A stretch of DNA of 62,160 bases, filler included, from Globobulimina sp. (GCA_003354225.1; 16 parts of 16 records of this genome joined end to end with filler, not necessarily neighbours in it), one strand, 5' to 3'; positions 37,359 to 50,600 are shown, counted from the whole stretch's first letter. Made by a program: numbers and translations. Notes: generated from the letters alone by a model not told the origin.

Positions 37359-37502
37359 ATATTGCATAATAGAAATAGAATACAGATATCAGTGTTTGGT
37401 CACACACCAATAAGTTGCAAAGTGATTACACATTCAGGTTATCTTTATATTTAGTTATCTTGCTTTTTCTGTCACAGAAAATAAACTGGAGCACTAGCAA
37501 CA

Positions 37503-38645
37503 ATGTTCCAGTCTAGTAATATCATAGCAACAATGTTCCAGTTGTTGTTTTTATTTTTCATCACAAGTTCACAACCAGCAAACATTTGTTTGTGGAATCA
37601 AGCCAATCAAATATTCGACAGATTAAACGGGTTATATCGAATCACGCCACAACAACTGAATGGGAAACATGTTTGGAGGCTCGATCGACACGGACAGGGT
37701 TGCGGCAGTCCATATTATGAGATTTACTGGAAATATGACAGCATGGCCGGCGGATATGGTTGGTATATTGTCTACGCTCAAAGTAATTACGGCAAATGTG
37801 AAAACCCCGCAGCAGAGGCATCTCCACTCGATTGTGGACCCAATTGGGCCTTCCAATATCCCTTTGGTGTCTCTAGGATCAACCCATCCGTCTCTGTAAC
37901 GGAAGGTCGCTGTCCAGCATTAAACTGTGCAGCTCTTACAGTGACACAATATCATATGCCAACGGGTTTTGGTTACGCAGAGCAAACCGGCGCCAATCAG
38001 TACTTCAACGCATCTCAAAATTGGGTTTGGTGGTTCAATACAGCTCAATTCAAATGGTTTTGTACCACCCCAGACATTGCAGGCCATACATGTAATACCA
38101 CTGCCTTTCCTACACAGAAATTATTAAATGTTGGAGCACAGCAATTGTGGCAGAATTTGAATGATGGGGACGTATTTATTTATGATGGATCGGGAACGTT
38201 TACCTGTTCTGGTGAAGCAACAACGAGTACCTATCAACCGACGACACCGCACCCAACGAGATGGACATGGACTCCATCTGTAGCTCCAACTAATATACCA
38301 ACGGGCGGTCCTAGTTACGGACCAAGTGTGTATCCTACGGATGGACCGAGTTATGGACCGAGTGTAGCTCCCAGTGATGGGACTGGTGCACCGAGTTATA
38401 ATCCGAGTGAAAATCCGAGTTATAATCCGAGTGTTGGCCCTACCGTGACACCGAGCATTGGAACTGGAGAAGTAGAACCGAGTTATAGTCCGACTGGAAA
38501 TCCGAGTGAGAATCCAACGGTGCCAACTGAATGGGTGAAGACGACAAAAAAAGGCGTACATAATACGTCTGGATGTTGTTCAGTGTTTTGGAGTGTTGAT
38601 GTGTATATTTATTGTTTGTTGGGTTTAATTTGTTTATTGTATTAA
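37503..38645 (+). CDS. Secreted/surface Cys-rich protein with P-S/T tetrapeptide stalk and hydrophobic (GPI-like) tail
   Basis: Signal peptide; Cys/Trp domain; PSYG/PSYN/PSEN repeats at about 38280-38520; terminal hydrophobic segment. Confidence 0.85.
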   Translation: MFQSSNIIATMFQLLFLFFITSSQPANICLWNQANQIFDRLNGLYRITPQQLNGKHVWRLDRHGQGCGSPYYEIYWKYDSMAGGYGWYIVYAQSNYGKCENPAAEASPLDCGPNWAFQYPFGVSRINPSVSVTEGRCPALNCAALTVTQYHMPTGFGYAEQTGANQYFNASQNWVWWFNTAQFKWFCTTPDIAGHTCNTTAFPTQKLLNVGAQQLWQNLNDGDVFIYDGSGTFTCSGEATTSTYQPTTPHPTRWTWTPSVAPTNIPTGGPSYGPSVYPTDGPSYGPSVAPSDGTGAPSYNPSENPSYNPSVGPTVTPSIGTGEVEPSYSPTGNPSENPTVPTEWVKTTKKGVHNTSGCCSVFWSVDVYIYCLLGLICLLY

Positions 38646-39427
38646 TTGTTTGACATCAAAAATGTTCGGATTTTACATCTAGATCTCGCAAGCCCGACGA
38701 CGAAGCAATCTGTTGATTTGTTGAGCCACGCTTGCATATATATCGGATGCTAACAAATCAATAAAATAACAGCGAAAAAAAAGAAGGACTTATAATGAAA
38801 ATAAAGTAAATTTATTATTAATAATACACTANNNNNNNNNNNNNNNNNNNNNNNNNNNNNNNNNNNNNNNNNNNNTTAATTAATTAANNNNNNNNNNNNN
38901 NNNNNNNNNNNNNNNNNNNNNNNNNNNNNNNATTTTTGTTATTATCCCATAATTCATCACATTTTTATGTTTTGTATAATATTTTATGTTTTTTGTTTGT
39001 GTTTTTCGTTTCTATTTTACTGTCACTAGGTCAGTAAACGGGTCAAAAAGAGTGGAGTAATACCACTTTTACTGGCCTTTTTTTGGATAAAAAAGGATAC
39101 ATCATTTCGAAAACAATAATAACAGTGCTACGTGAAAAGTAAGTAATGGACTGAATGTTCAATACAACAAAGCAAAAAAAAGCATCAACACAAACTGGAA
39201 TACAAAGTAAAATAATAAGTCGATAAAACGAAAAAAAAAAGAATCAAAGAAAAATCTATATGTTCAAACATTTTACCAGAATACAATCGATACATAGTTT
39301 CAAAACACGAATACAGCATACTATAAAAAAACAAATCACTGAATTTGTAAATTAAATAATAAATGCAACATAATAATATTTAATACCAATATAACAAAAC
39401 TGTTACAAATTTATAATATGTTAAATA

Positions 39428-40986
39428 TTATCCAAATATCGGCATCGGCATTGGAGGCGGAGCAGGGATATGTGTGGTAACTTTATTATGCGTTGCTTCA
39501 TCATCATCATCATTACTTCCATTGGTTTGCATACTCAAACTTAAAACTAATGGTTGCACATCGCCAATATCAATATCCATACTATTCATATTCATACTAT
39601 TCATGCTCATATTAGCAATCTCATTATTTGATATTCCAGATCCAGATCCAGATCCAGACACAGATGCAGATACTGATGGGGTTGACACATTATTTTGAGA
39701 AAATATCGATTGTGATTTATCCGGTGATTCCGCAACATTTGCTATTACAATGCTACCCTCCATGGACATTGACATTGACATTGACATTGCACCATCAATG
39801 TCAATATCAATATCGATGTCAGTATCATTTTTGGTGGCGAATGAAAATGATATTGGATCTCCATTCAATATATTTGAATCATTGCAAGATGGAGATGATG
39901 GAATTAGTTGTTTCCACACATTAATCTATTAAATAGACAGTCTATTAAATAAACGTACAATTTTATGTTTAAATATTATTCACATACATTACTGCCACCA
40001 CTGGCTTCGATTTCTTTTTTTATTTCTTTTTGTTGGTCGGATTGAGTACTTATACGCATTTTATTTGCTTGTTTGGCTCTCTTCCGAATGGCAGCTGCCT
40101 TTTTCGCAGCAATTCGATTAATTTCTTGTCGAAGCTGCAGCGAAATCTCCCGTCGTGGAGCAAATTGCTCTCTATCTCGTGGGACATAGCCGGCTTTGCC
40201 ATTCATAAAAGCTTTATGCGCTGTCAGTTGGTTGGGCACTGTTAACAATATGCCGCCATTCGGATGGCTCACTTTCTTGTTTCGAATATAATGTTTGGTT
40301 TCTTCTCTATAATACCTGAGCAGATAAACACGTGGTTCCCACACAATATGCTCTGCGAAATCCACATATTTTACATAGAAAAAGTTAATATCGCCATCTA
40401 ACCGCGTTTTTATAATCCAATCTTCCAAAATTGATTCTATTTTCAACTCCTTACCCAATAACCTTTGCTCTTTGCTTTTTTGTTCCGCAAAATGTTCAAT
40501 ACAATGCTTACTGGTCTCAAAAACAGAATAATTTGCTAATAACGTATCATTATCGCATTCTGCATTAAATTTCGTAGTGGTTCTATATTCCACCCATTTC
40601 CGGCGCAATGTTTCGATAAACGTTCGATAGCTCTCATTTTGAAGAAATATGTCTTGCAAATTGTCAAATGCAGATTGGATATCTTGTTTAATACTGGCAT
40701 TGGTTGTATATAACAAATATTGTAATTTCAACTCAATTTCAAAAAAAGTAATGGGATTCGCCTGCCGCCATAAATTGACCGCAGCACAGGCGATCACCGC
40801 ATCTTGTTCCGGGCGGATGGACGGATCAAATGGTTTGAACAAAGTTATTTTATCAGCTTTGATACATTCTTCCTTAAATTCGTAGATAATTCGGATCCAT
40901 TTAGCTCCCGCAAAGTCTGCGGACACCGCACCTAAATCTTGTCTCTGTTGGTAATCACAACGTTGTGCAAAACATTTGTATAACAA
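39428..40986 (-). CDS. Chromodomain-containing protein with dipeptide-repeat tail; 5' end unresolved
   Basis: LKIESILED...FFYVKYVDF....WEPRVYL fits a chromodomain. Intron 39987..39926 joins a last exon with (DI)n, (MS)n and (SG)n repeats. Confidence 0.65.
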
Positions 40987-41595
40987 ATTAAAATAATACT
41001 TTGCAAACTTAAGGTAGTACAGGAATTAAGAAACACGGAGATCAGTGCAACAATAAAACGTCTATAACTTACAATGTATTTGAGACTCACCACTGAAATT
41101 TTTGTAGGTTGTGAATTTGATATTTAATGCAATAATTGATACAACATCAATCCATGAATCTCATCGCAAGCAATATTTAATCCATGATTACTTTTACATA
41201 TTTTCATGTATGACGCATGCATAAATGCATCAAATGAGCTCGGAGTATTGGAGTTGGCAAAACCATACTTAACACACATTGATACGAGCTAAATGCTAAA
41301 CTTTCCAACAGAATGGATTTTTGATTTGCTTTCTTCATTCGTAATTAATGTCCATTTATGTAAATAATGTACAAATTTTGTTGCTCATATCGTAGATCGC
41401 AATTGATGAGGAATTTGATAAATCTGTTCTGTTGGAAAGTTGCGTAATAATATCTTATTCATTGCCATTCAAACAGAAATGTCATAGGACGCCATGATAA
41501 TGTTTATTAGATGCATCTATGCTTTAAAGTGAGTTGAAACTGTAGTTTTTTTCAACTATTTGCCAACATTTATTTGTTGTTGTTAAGTGCAAGCA

Positions 41596-42721
41596 ATGAC
41601 TCTGAATTTGGTGATTGATGCGATCAAATCATCCCAAGATCACAGAGGAATGACAATAAGAACAATAACAAAGTTTGTAAACGCCTCAAACAAAACAAAT
41701 AGAAACGTGAAAGTTGAACAAATAAAAAAAATTGTGATTGATGCGATAAAAATTGGCACGCTTTGTAAAGGAGATACGCGACAACGCTATAAAATTGCTG
41801 TAAATAGACGTAAAAAAAAACAAGCACATACCAACAGTAATAATATTGAACGAAAAAAATCGATAAAAATACGCAAAAAGAAACCAAAGCATATGGATCC
41901 AGTTCATGTGACTGAAGGTATACAAATTATGCAAAAACAATATAAATACTGTTCACGGCTAAGAGGGACCGCTCGTGCATTTGAACGCAAATCACCACAA
42001 CAAAAACAATTCTTTTCTTCACGAATTGCCAATGCGAGAGCTAAGCTTAAGAATAAATATGAGACAATAAATTCGGTATTTTTTTATTTTATAAAATAAG
42101 CATAATTAATTGTATATTGATAGATTATATTTTAAATATTTTCAGCATTCCAATTCAAATGTTGATGTATCTGACAATGAAGCAATGGATATTAATGAAT
42201 GCACAGATGATGACTCTTCTGGTTGTGAGGCAAATGACATTGAGAAGGCAGAAGAACTAAAATTAAAACATTTAAAACTAAAAATTAAAGAGAGAACAGT
42301 GCAGTTTGCACCATTAAAATTACAGACACAAAGACGAAGCACCAGAATTAAAGCAAAACAAAATGATAAAATATTAAACAATGCTGAAAATAAGTTACGA
42401 AAAAGAACTACCGTTTAGTTAATTTTACACATAAATTTACATTTTGTCATATATATAACTTACATTTTGCCATAGCCATCATCGATATGCATAGATAGGC
42501 ATGATTTTGAGAGATTGATTGAAGCGATTGGAGCTTGTCCCTGTTGTATTCGCAGAAATATATCCTGTGCTTTCACTGAGCGCAATGATATTTTATTTGA
42601 TTGTGAGTGTGGATGGCATTTTTTGTTTCAAACACAGGACAGAGTGAAGATAGGGACATTTGTACGAGGGATCCCTATTAAACAATATGTATATGCGTTG
42701 GTTGCAATTGTGAGTGGAGTT
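41596..42721 (+). CDS. Linker-histone (H15)-like domain fused to a probable DNA-transposase N-terminal zinc-binding region, 3'-truncated
   Basis: LVIDAIKSSQDHRGMTIRTITKFV...IKKIVIDAIKIGTL..G...YKI is H15-like. Introns at about 42075..42147 and 42413..42475, then ICIDRHDFERLIEAIGACPCC...CECG...ALVAIVSG. Confidence 0.55.
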
Positions 42722-43012
42722 NNNNNNNNNNNNNNNNNNNNNNNNNNNNNNNNNNNNNNNNNNNNTTAATTAATTAANNNNNNNNNNNNNNNNNNNNNNN
42801 NNNNNNNNNNNNNNNNNNNNNGAAATAAAAGTAAATTTAAGAGAGGTGGGGAAAAGAAAAATGCTAAAAATAATTAAATTGAATTGTTTTTTTTTTGTTT
42901 TTTGTTTTTTTTTTGAGTATTAAACAAGTACGTATCCTTTCGTGATATAACACAAATTTGTGTAATAGGATAGGATATGATTTAGAGTTGCAACTAACTA
43001 CGTTTTTTGATC

Positions 43013-43927
43013 ATGGGCTCAGCTGATTTTGATGTATTTCCTTTTGTTGAAACGATCGATGGTACGCCATCAATGCCAATCAGCAAAGTGGCCTTAGTTT
43101 TAATCACTGCAATAACATTCAATATTGTGTACAATCAATCTGTAAAATTGTTTCCAGATAAAAAAAAAGCAGGACGCATTGCACCATTATTGCATGCAAT
43201 TTATGCGACATTGTCGTCAACTTACATGCTTTATAATCATTCACCACTATTTGAAACACCATCAAGCATTTGTGAGCCATTGGGCCAAACCGCATACATT
43301 TTTACAATATCCTTAGGGTATTTTGTTTGGGATTTATTTATTTGTATTAAAGAAAGGTGGGGTATCGATTGGTTAATACATGCAATTTTTTGTGTGATAA
43401 TGTATGGAATTGCTGTATGTATGCATGGTATGCATAGATGGGGTCTAATGACATTATTTTTTGAATTTTCAACCATCTTTTTACATTGTTACATATTTCT
43501 TTATTATTACGGTTATAACAAATTTGCTGCTTCACTCAAGTTAACATTTTATATCCTTACACAACACGTCACTCATTGTTCTTTTTTTGTTTTACCATCA
43601 AACAGAACAGTATTCGGAATATCATTCTTTTTTTGTAGAATAATGGTTGGAAGTGTGGTAACAAAGGAATGCATTGAAGCATTTTTTAAAATAAAACCAA
43701 TCGATGTCTCATGTATTGGATATAAGTTATTGGCATTTGCAGTAATTGTGAATCTGCTGTTTCATCTTTTGAATTTTTATTGGTTTTGGTTAATTGTAAA
43801 GGCTGCTATTTGGGGCAAAAAATCAAAAAGATATAAAGTAAGACGAAGATCAGCTTCACATAAATCAAAACGCAAAAACGGTTTATCCACAGAAAAAAGA
43901 TTTAATCCCATTCATAAAATAAATTAA
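43013..43927 (+). CDS. TLC-domain membrane protein (TMEM56/TLCD4-like)
   Basis: LLHA, SLGYFVWDL, LIHA, FEFSTIFLH, FFFCRI, LNFYWFWLI. Probable in-frame intron 43540..43605. Confidence 0.88.
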   Translation: MGSADFDVFPFVETIDGTPSMPISKVALVLITAITFNIVYNQSVKLFPDKKKAGRIAPLLHAIYATLSSTYMLYNHSPLFETPSSICEPLGQTAYIFTISLGYFVWDLFICIKERWGIDWLIHAIFCVIMYGIAVCMHGMHRWGLMTLFFEFSTIFLHCYIFLYYYGYNKFAASLKLTFYILTQHVTHCSFFVLPSNRTVFGISFFFCRIMVGSVVTKECIEAFFKIKPIDVSCIGYKLLAFAVIVNLLFHLLNFYWFWLIVKAAIWGKKSKRYKVRRRSASHKSKRKNGLSTEKRFNPIHKIN

Positions 43928-44012
43928 AAAAGACATAAATTTAAATTAATTCGTTTGTAGAATGTATAACAATAATATTGAATAATAATATATGAATTAT
44001 TTCTTTGCGCAT

Positions 44013-45229
44013 TTAAACTGAATGCAGTTGCTTGTTTTGATCCATTTTCATAATGACCTTTGGTGACAAATATAATTGTCCATGTTTATTGTGCTGATGC
44101 ATTGCAGTGATAAATGCGTATCTTAATACACCAATAATTACAATAATTAATGACAAGAATTTGAATGAATCGAAGCATTGCGATTCCTGTAATTCACAAA
44201 AACACACTCCTGATATTACAAAGACCCCACAAGCGCGCAATGCTTGATTTATTCCGGTTGATACCGCCCCAGAATTATGCAATAATACATAATATGACCA
44301 ATTATGTAAGAAATTGCTGATAAATATTAAAAAATATGATCCCATGATGACTATTACAGATCCGTTATGTACGTGTACTTGATGCAAAAATACATTGTTC
44401 CATTTCGGTATAACATTAAATAAAATATATAAACAAACAAATATCAAGCCATAGAATCCCTGTTTGTAACATAATTCATTGTTAGAAGGCGCGTTTTTGC
44501 TTTGTAATAATTTCTCGATGCATACGTATTCAATCGCATATAACATGGTTGTAATGAAAGGCCATAGTAATTGGCCAAATGCTAATTCAATACTCTCTAT
44601 GATGGAGGACGAGTGTTGATGTTTATTGCTTTGCCCAAAGCCAGATAATAATAAACCAAATGTAACAATGCAACATGCAATCCACTGCTGTACTGTTAGT
44701 TTCTTATTTGGTAATACAAAATGTCGAAATGTTGCGGTTACAATAATAATACTCGAATATACCAATTGATAGACGGCAGAACCACTCCATACTAAACTTA
44801 AAAAAGAGATAATTGTACAAAATAAATCATACAAAGCTAAGAACATTATCATTAATTCATTTTTGCTCATAATATTATTAAATGACACATTATTTCTTAG
44901 ACTCACACTTTTCCGCTTTAAATTAACCATTGAATTATTCTCTATATCATCTGATGAGTTGTGGCCACCATCTGATGTACTTTTAGGTAAAAAATACACC
45001 GCCGCAGACGCTAAATACGATGTAAATACTGGCAATAATGTTGCCTAAATACATTGGTGACTTTGGTGTGTGGTCCGATGATATAAATAAATGTATTTTT
45101 AACTGGGCTCGCTCCTCCATGATACGATACAAGATTGACTAAGCATGTTTGCGATATGCCCGATATTAAGAATATAAATTGTAACCATAATATATATTCT
45201 GTACTTGCAGAAGCGGCGCCATCTTTCAT
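44013..45229 (-). CDS. DMT-superfamily / SLC35-like nucleotide-sugar transporter
   Basis: About 10 TM segments; GSAVYQLVYSSIII, KKLTVQQW, EKLL, AVSTG. Intron 45103..45045. Confidence 0.8.
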
Positions 45230-45275
45230 TGTTCAAAGTTTTTGGAAAGAATTCGCTTCTTTGATTAACAACAAA

Positions 45276-46123
45276 ATGGCACGTGAATTATCCTTAACGC
45301 AATCAATATTCGGTATTGATTCATGCAATTCAATGAATGGAATGAATTCAGCAACTTATCCATGCCCAACTGGATCGATAGGTCATTGGAAGGGTGGTCC
45401 ATTACAAACTGGAACAACAATTGTTGCCATTCAATATAAAGATGGTGTATTATTAGGAGCAGATTCCCGTTCATCTGTTAGTTCAACATATGTTGCAAAT
45501 CGATTAACTGATAAATTGCAGCCATTAACAGATAATATATTCATATTAAGATCTGGTTCGTCCGCACATACACAAAACATCGGTGATTATGTGCAACATT
45601 ATTTAAATAATTTATCTCAGGAAATCGACGAGCCACCGCGTGTTCGAACGGCTGGTATGCAAATTGCTTAATTTTCTTATCTTTATCCTTGCACTCAATA
45701 ATAAATAAAAAACAATAACTAAATAATAAACCAGCACAATTAGTACAATCAATATGTTACGCAAATAAAGAATGGGTGTCAGCCTCAATAATCATAGCAG
45801 GATGGGATAAATATGAGGGAGGTCAAGTGTACGCATGTCCATTGGGAGCAACATTAGCAAAGAAAGTGCCATATGCCATTGGCGGATCTGGTTCAAGCTA
45901 TATTTATGGATATATTGATGCTAATTTTAAATCAAATCAAATGGAACAAACAGAGGCTCGCATGTTTATACGTAGAGCAATATCACATGCTATATTTAGG
46001 GATGGCTCATCGGGCGGTGTGGTTCGAACTATTTCTATCACAAAAAATGGATTGTTCAGGCAAACTAATCAACCGTTTGGAATTCAACAACTTGTCATCA
46101 AGCAACAAAAGGACAAACAATGA
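45276..46123 (+). CDS. PSMB6: 20S proteasome subunit beta1 (Pre3/PSMB6-type)
   Basis: Propeptide then G|TTIVAIQYKDGVLLGADSR, YVANRLTDKL, RSGS, AIGGSGSSYIYGY, RDGSSGGVVR. Intron 45655..45734. Confidence 0.93.
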
Positions 46124-46178
46124 ACAACAACAAAAACACTATAAACTATAAACATAACAATGTGCTTGATTTTATTTT

Positions 46179-46611
46179 CTATGTTTGGTTCATGCGCCGA
46201 ATTTCAAATACATGGAAGGTTGGGTTCACAAATTCCCATTTTAATTTTGCAAATCTTTCATTATATCGGCTTTTAGCATCGACAAAACTCAATTTATATG
46301 TCTTTAAGTTTTTTAATATAATTTTTTTTAATTTATAGTGTTGATAACGATTATTATTCAATGATAGATTTTTAATATGAAATAGCAAATCTTCAAAGAC
46401 TCCACTCGTTAATTTTATGTATTGAATAGTGATACATTGTAAATTTGTACATGCGTTGACAAATAAATGCCATTTTATCCATTCAATGTTATAATAACAA
46501 ATAAATGGTTGTATCAATGATAATATTTTTATATTAAAAGTATTTTTTTTGCCAAATCCTGTAACTTTACGTTTTGATTTTGATATTTGCTTCCAACTGA
46601 TCTCGATTTCT
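46179..46611 (-). CDS. 3' end of hypothetical protein
   Basis: Open frame near the contig edge converging on the proteasome gene; no motif recognised. Confidence 0.4.
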
Positions 46612-46975
46612 NNNNNNNNNNNNNNNNNNNNNNNNNNNNNNNNNNNNNNNNNNNNTTAATTAATTAANNNNNNNNNNNNNNNNNNNNNNNNNNNNNNNNN
46701 NNNNNNNNNNNTCTTAGACGCATACAATCTCAAATAATTAATTGAAAACGTAATTGATTTTAAGCTTCACTAATAATTAAAATACGAAATTCAAATAAAA
46801 TAAAAGCAAAAAATCGAACCCAAATTATATTGAAAATTACAAAAACAATTTCTGCAAAAACAATAAAATTAATTAAAAAACAATCGATAGAATTTCAACG
46901 CAAAAAAACAAAGTGGTTAAAACGACGGCTATTATGTATGTTTAATATGCTATGCACTTTTCATTTCTTTTTGTT

Positions 46976-47574
<599 letters not shown>

Positions 47575-47886
47575 GATTGTTTTGGTAATCTATGCTGTTC
47601 AACGCTAAAAAGTCGGAGGGATTCTCTCGTTAATGAAAATGTGAAGACCTGTCAAGATAAAAACAACAAATAATAGCAATAAAAAAACAATTATGACATT
47701 CGCCGCCAATAATACCAATAAATGAGCTGTAATAATTATGAATTATGCATAATAGCAATATACAAAATTACTAAAATACCTCTATGGGATAAAGTGTTTC
47801 TAAGAATAGAATATAGAATTAAAGGAATGCCGAGAGTTGAAACAGAAACACTCGGATATAAACAATTTTTCTTTGGTACATATTAT

Positions 47887-50500
47887 TTAAACATGGAATG
47901 AGTGCGTCCTTGAATGCCTTGAGACAGCTCGGTCTTGATTTGCCTTGAACGCAATCTTCAAAAAATTATCCATCATTGATTCCGCAACATTCAACTGTTT
48001 AACAGGAATTCTCTTTTTATCAGCAATGGTCCAAATCCATTCCGTATTTTTCAATTTAAACGGTTTGCCCATTTCCTTCATTGTCTGCCCATTCCTTTCG
48101 ATATATTTCCCAATATATGCAATTCTACTATTTTTACTTTTTTCCTGTTGCAACTTATCATCAATAGTCACCGCTTTAATCTTACAAATATACCATTTCT
48201 TTTTTTTCTTCACATCAATATGATCACCAATTTCAAACTTATATTGTAATATATCCCTCCTTCTACAATTACTATTATCATTACTTATACCTTTCAAAGA
48301 ATACAAATACGGCCACATTACAACCTCAATATCCAAATGCCAACAGCCTCCAATTCCTATCACTGATGACATAATCTCAATAAATGAGCCATGAATACCC
48401 AAAACCACTGCTAATTCATTGATTAACAGTTGTTTATACTGATTTTCATTTTGTTTGATCGCTAAATATTCAATATCGAAATTAATGCTTACCATCATCT
48501 TATAATCTATTTGCTGCTGTGTAACATGTGGAGAATCCTTTAATTTATCAACAATTTCATAGTCATATTCATTTTTATTTGTATGTACAGATATGAGCAA
48601 TGTTTGTAAAACAGTCTGTGATATTTCTTTATTGATATTAAAAAATGCTGTGACCGCTGCTGGTCCTCCGATTACACTCAATAATCGTTCCAGTTTCTTC
48701 AAGCACTGCAATGTAACCGACCTGGTATTCTCATATTGATCAAGACATTGTATATTCGCATCCAATGCACGCTGTTTATTCCATATTTTCTGGCATTTAT
48801 TTATTTGAATATCAAATTGTTTAAAATCATTGTCATCGCATATTAATAACTGTGCAATTCCGCCACTGTTTTGATGTACTTCTACCAAACTATTTCGTTG
48901 CATGTCAGTCAGTTGTGATGAGTCATCATCTGAGTCTGGAATCAGATTGCTATGTCCTGTCGGTGTGAGAACTGGTGTTTTTATATCAAGCGGTTCAATA
49001 TACATATCCTCAATGCTGTCGCTGTCAATATTTTCTGCAGCTGTGAGGAGCATACTTTTTGAGGGCGGCAATTCTGGACCATTTGGAGACAATTGTTTTA
49101 ATTTAATAATATTATCTTGATTCTCTTTTAATACTCTATACATTCTCATTAATTTGTTGACCGCTACAACTTTGTCTTTCAATATCGAGGCCTTATTCCG
49201 ATTAATATTGGAATAATTAGTATGAGATAAATCCTCATTATCATCACTACGCAGGTTGTTGGGTGGCAACTGTCCTTTGCTTTTATATACATTATAAAAG
49301 GCAGCATAGCTCGCTGTAGCATGAGGCGTCAACCTCTTTTGTTTCATTCCATGATCATACTCAACATTCTGTTTAGTTTCTTTTTGTTTCACCACAATCA
49401 TCGACGTCCAGGGAGTCACAAACTTATATTTCAATGCTAAGGATAATGGCAATGATTGCTCTTCTTTTTTTTCGTCATCATCAATTTCAATCATATCATT
49501 ATGAATTAATTTTTGTGTCGCAAATTGTTTTAATTTCAAATAAGCCCATATTCGTTGTGTGCTTTCCACTGTTTCTGAATTAATATTAATTGTCAACTGC
49601 TTGCAAATATGTATTGGATCGATATCCATCATCAACTCCTTGTTTCCTTTGACTTGTTTGCCACTCACTGCTGATATTACTAACGATAACTTATAATCAC
49701 CACTGGTCAGATCTTGTTTGCTTTTAATTTTGCCACAAATAATTAGGTCATTTCCAGAATATAATGCATTAAAATGTGTATTGGTCAGTTGGCAAACATT
49801 TCTATCTTTATATTCGACATTGATGTTTGACAAAATTGGGCTTGATAAAATATTAAAATATTGAGATAATTCTGTATCTGCGGATCTTGTTTTTATTCTT
49901 GAATAAAATCCACTATTATTGACAGATAATAATTTCAAAAACGAATGGTTTAAACCTTGAGTCCATTCAGAAACGTTTGTATCTTTTCCTGTGAATATAT
50001 ATCACAAATAAAAAAAAAAAGACATTTCCTGTCAATAAATATACTGTACACACCAACGCCAAATGAAAATACGCAGATTTTATTATTATATTTATCGATT
50101 TTACGTAAATCATTTGCATTTTTGACATTTGTTAAGATTTTATTTGTATCAGTTTCTCCATTCCTGGCCTCACCATCTGTAATAAATAGGATTTGGTTGA
50201 TAAAAAAATTATGCTTAACCTTGTGATCAGTGTTTAACAATAAAATATCATTTTTTATTAATTCAATAGCTTTTAATAAGGCATCATTAATATTTGTGCC
50301 ACCGCAGGCATTTGCATTTTGTAACGCATTCACAGACTCATTTATATTTACATTGTTTGCCAATATGCAGTCACGGAGATGCTGCAAAGTATCGTTAAAT
50401 AAAATAATACCAAACCTATCATGCCCAGTTCGTAGCTGTTTGACGGCCATTATGGTGGCACCCGTTGTTTTTATCCATTTCGAACCGCCCATAGAACCGC
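47887..50500 (-). CDS. ITIH/VIT-type vWA protein with a long C-terminal extension, 5'-truncated
   Basis: GSM.G.K, GGTNINDALLKA, ILFITDG, VFSFGVG, RIWAYL, LALKYKFVTPWTSMIVV. Intron 50053..49989. Confidence 0.85.
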
Positions 50501-50600
50501 NNNNNNNNNNNNNNNNNNNNNNNNNNNNNNNNNNNNNNNNNNNNTTAATTAATTAANNNNNNNNNNNNNNNNNNNNNNNNNNNNNNNNNNNNNNNNNNNN

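Noticed and set aside
38280-38520. 12-bp tandem repeats in the surface-protein gene
   Set aside because: Ordinary P-S/T-x-x stalk repeats, common in protist surface proteins.
39625-39820. Hexamer repeats encoding (DI)n, (MS)n and (SG)n
   Set aside because: Simple slippage microsatellites in a disordered exon.
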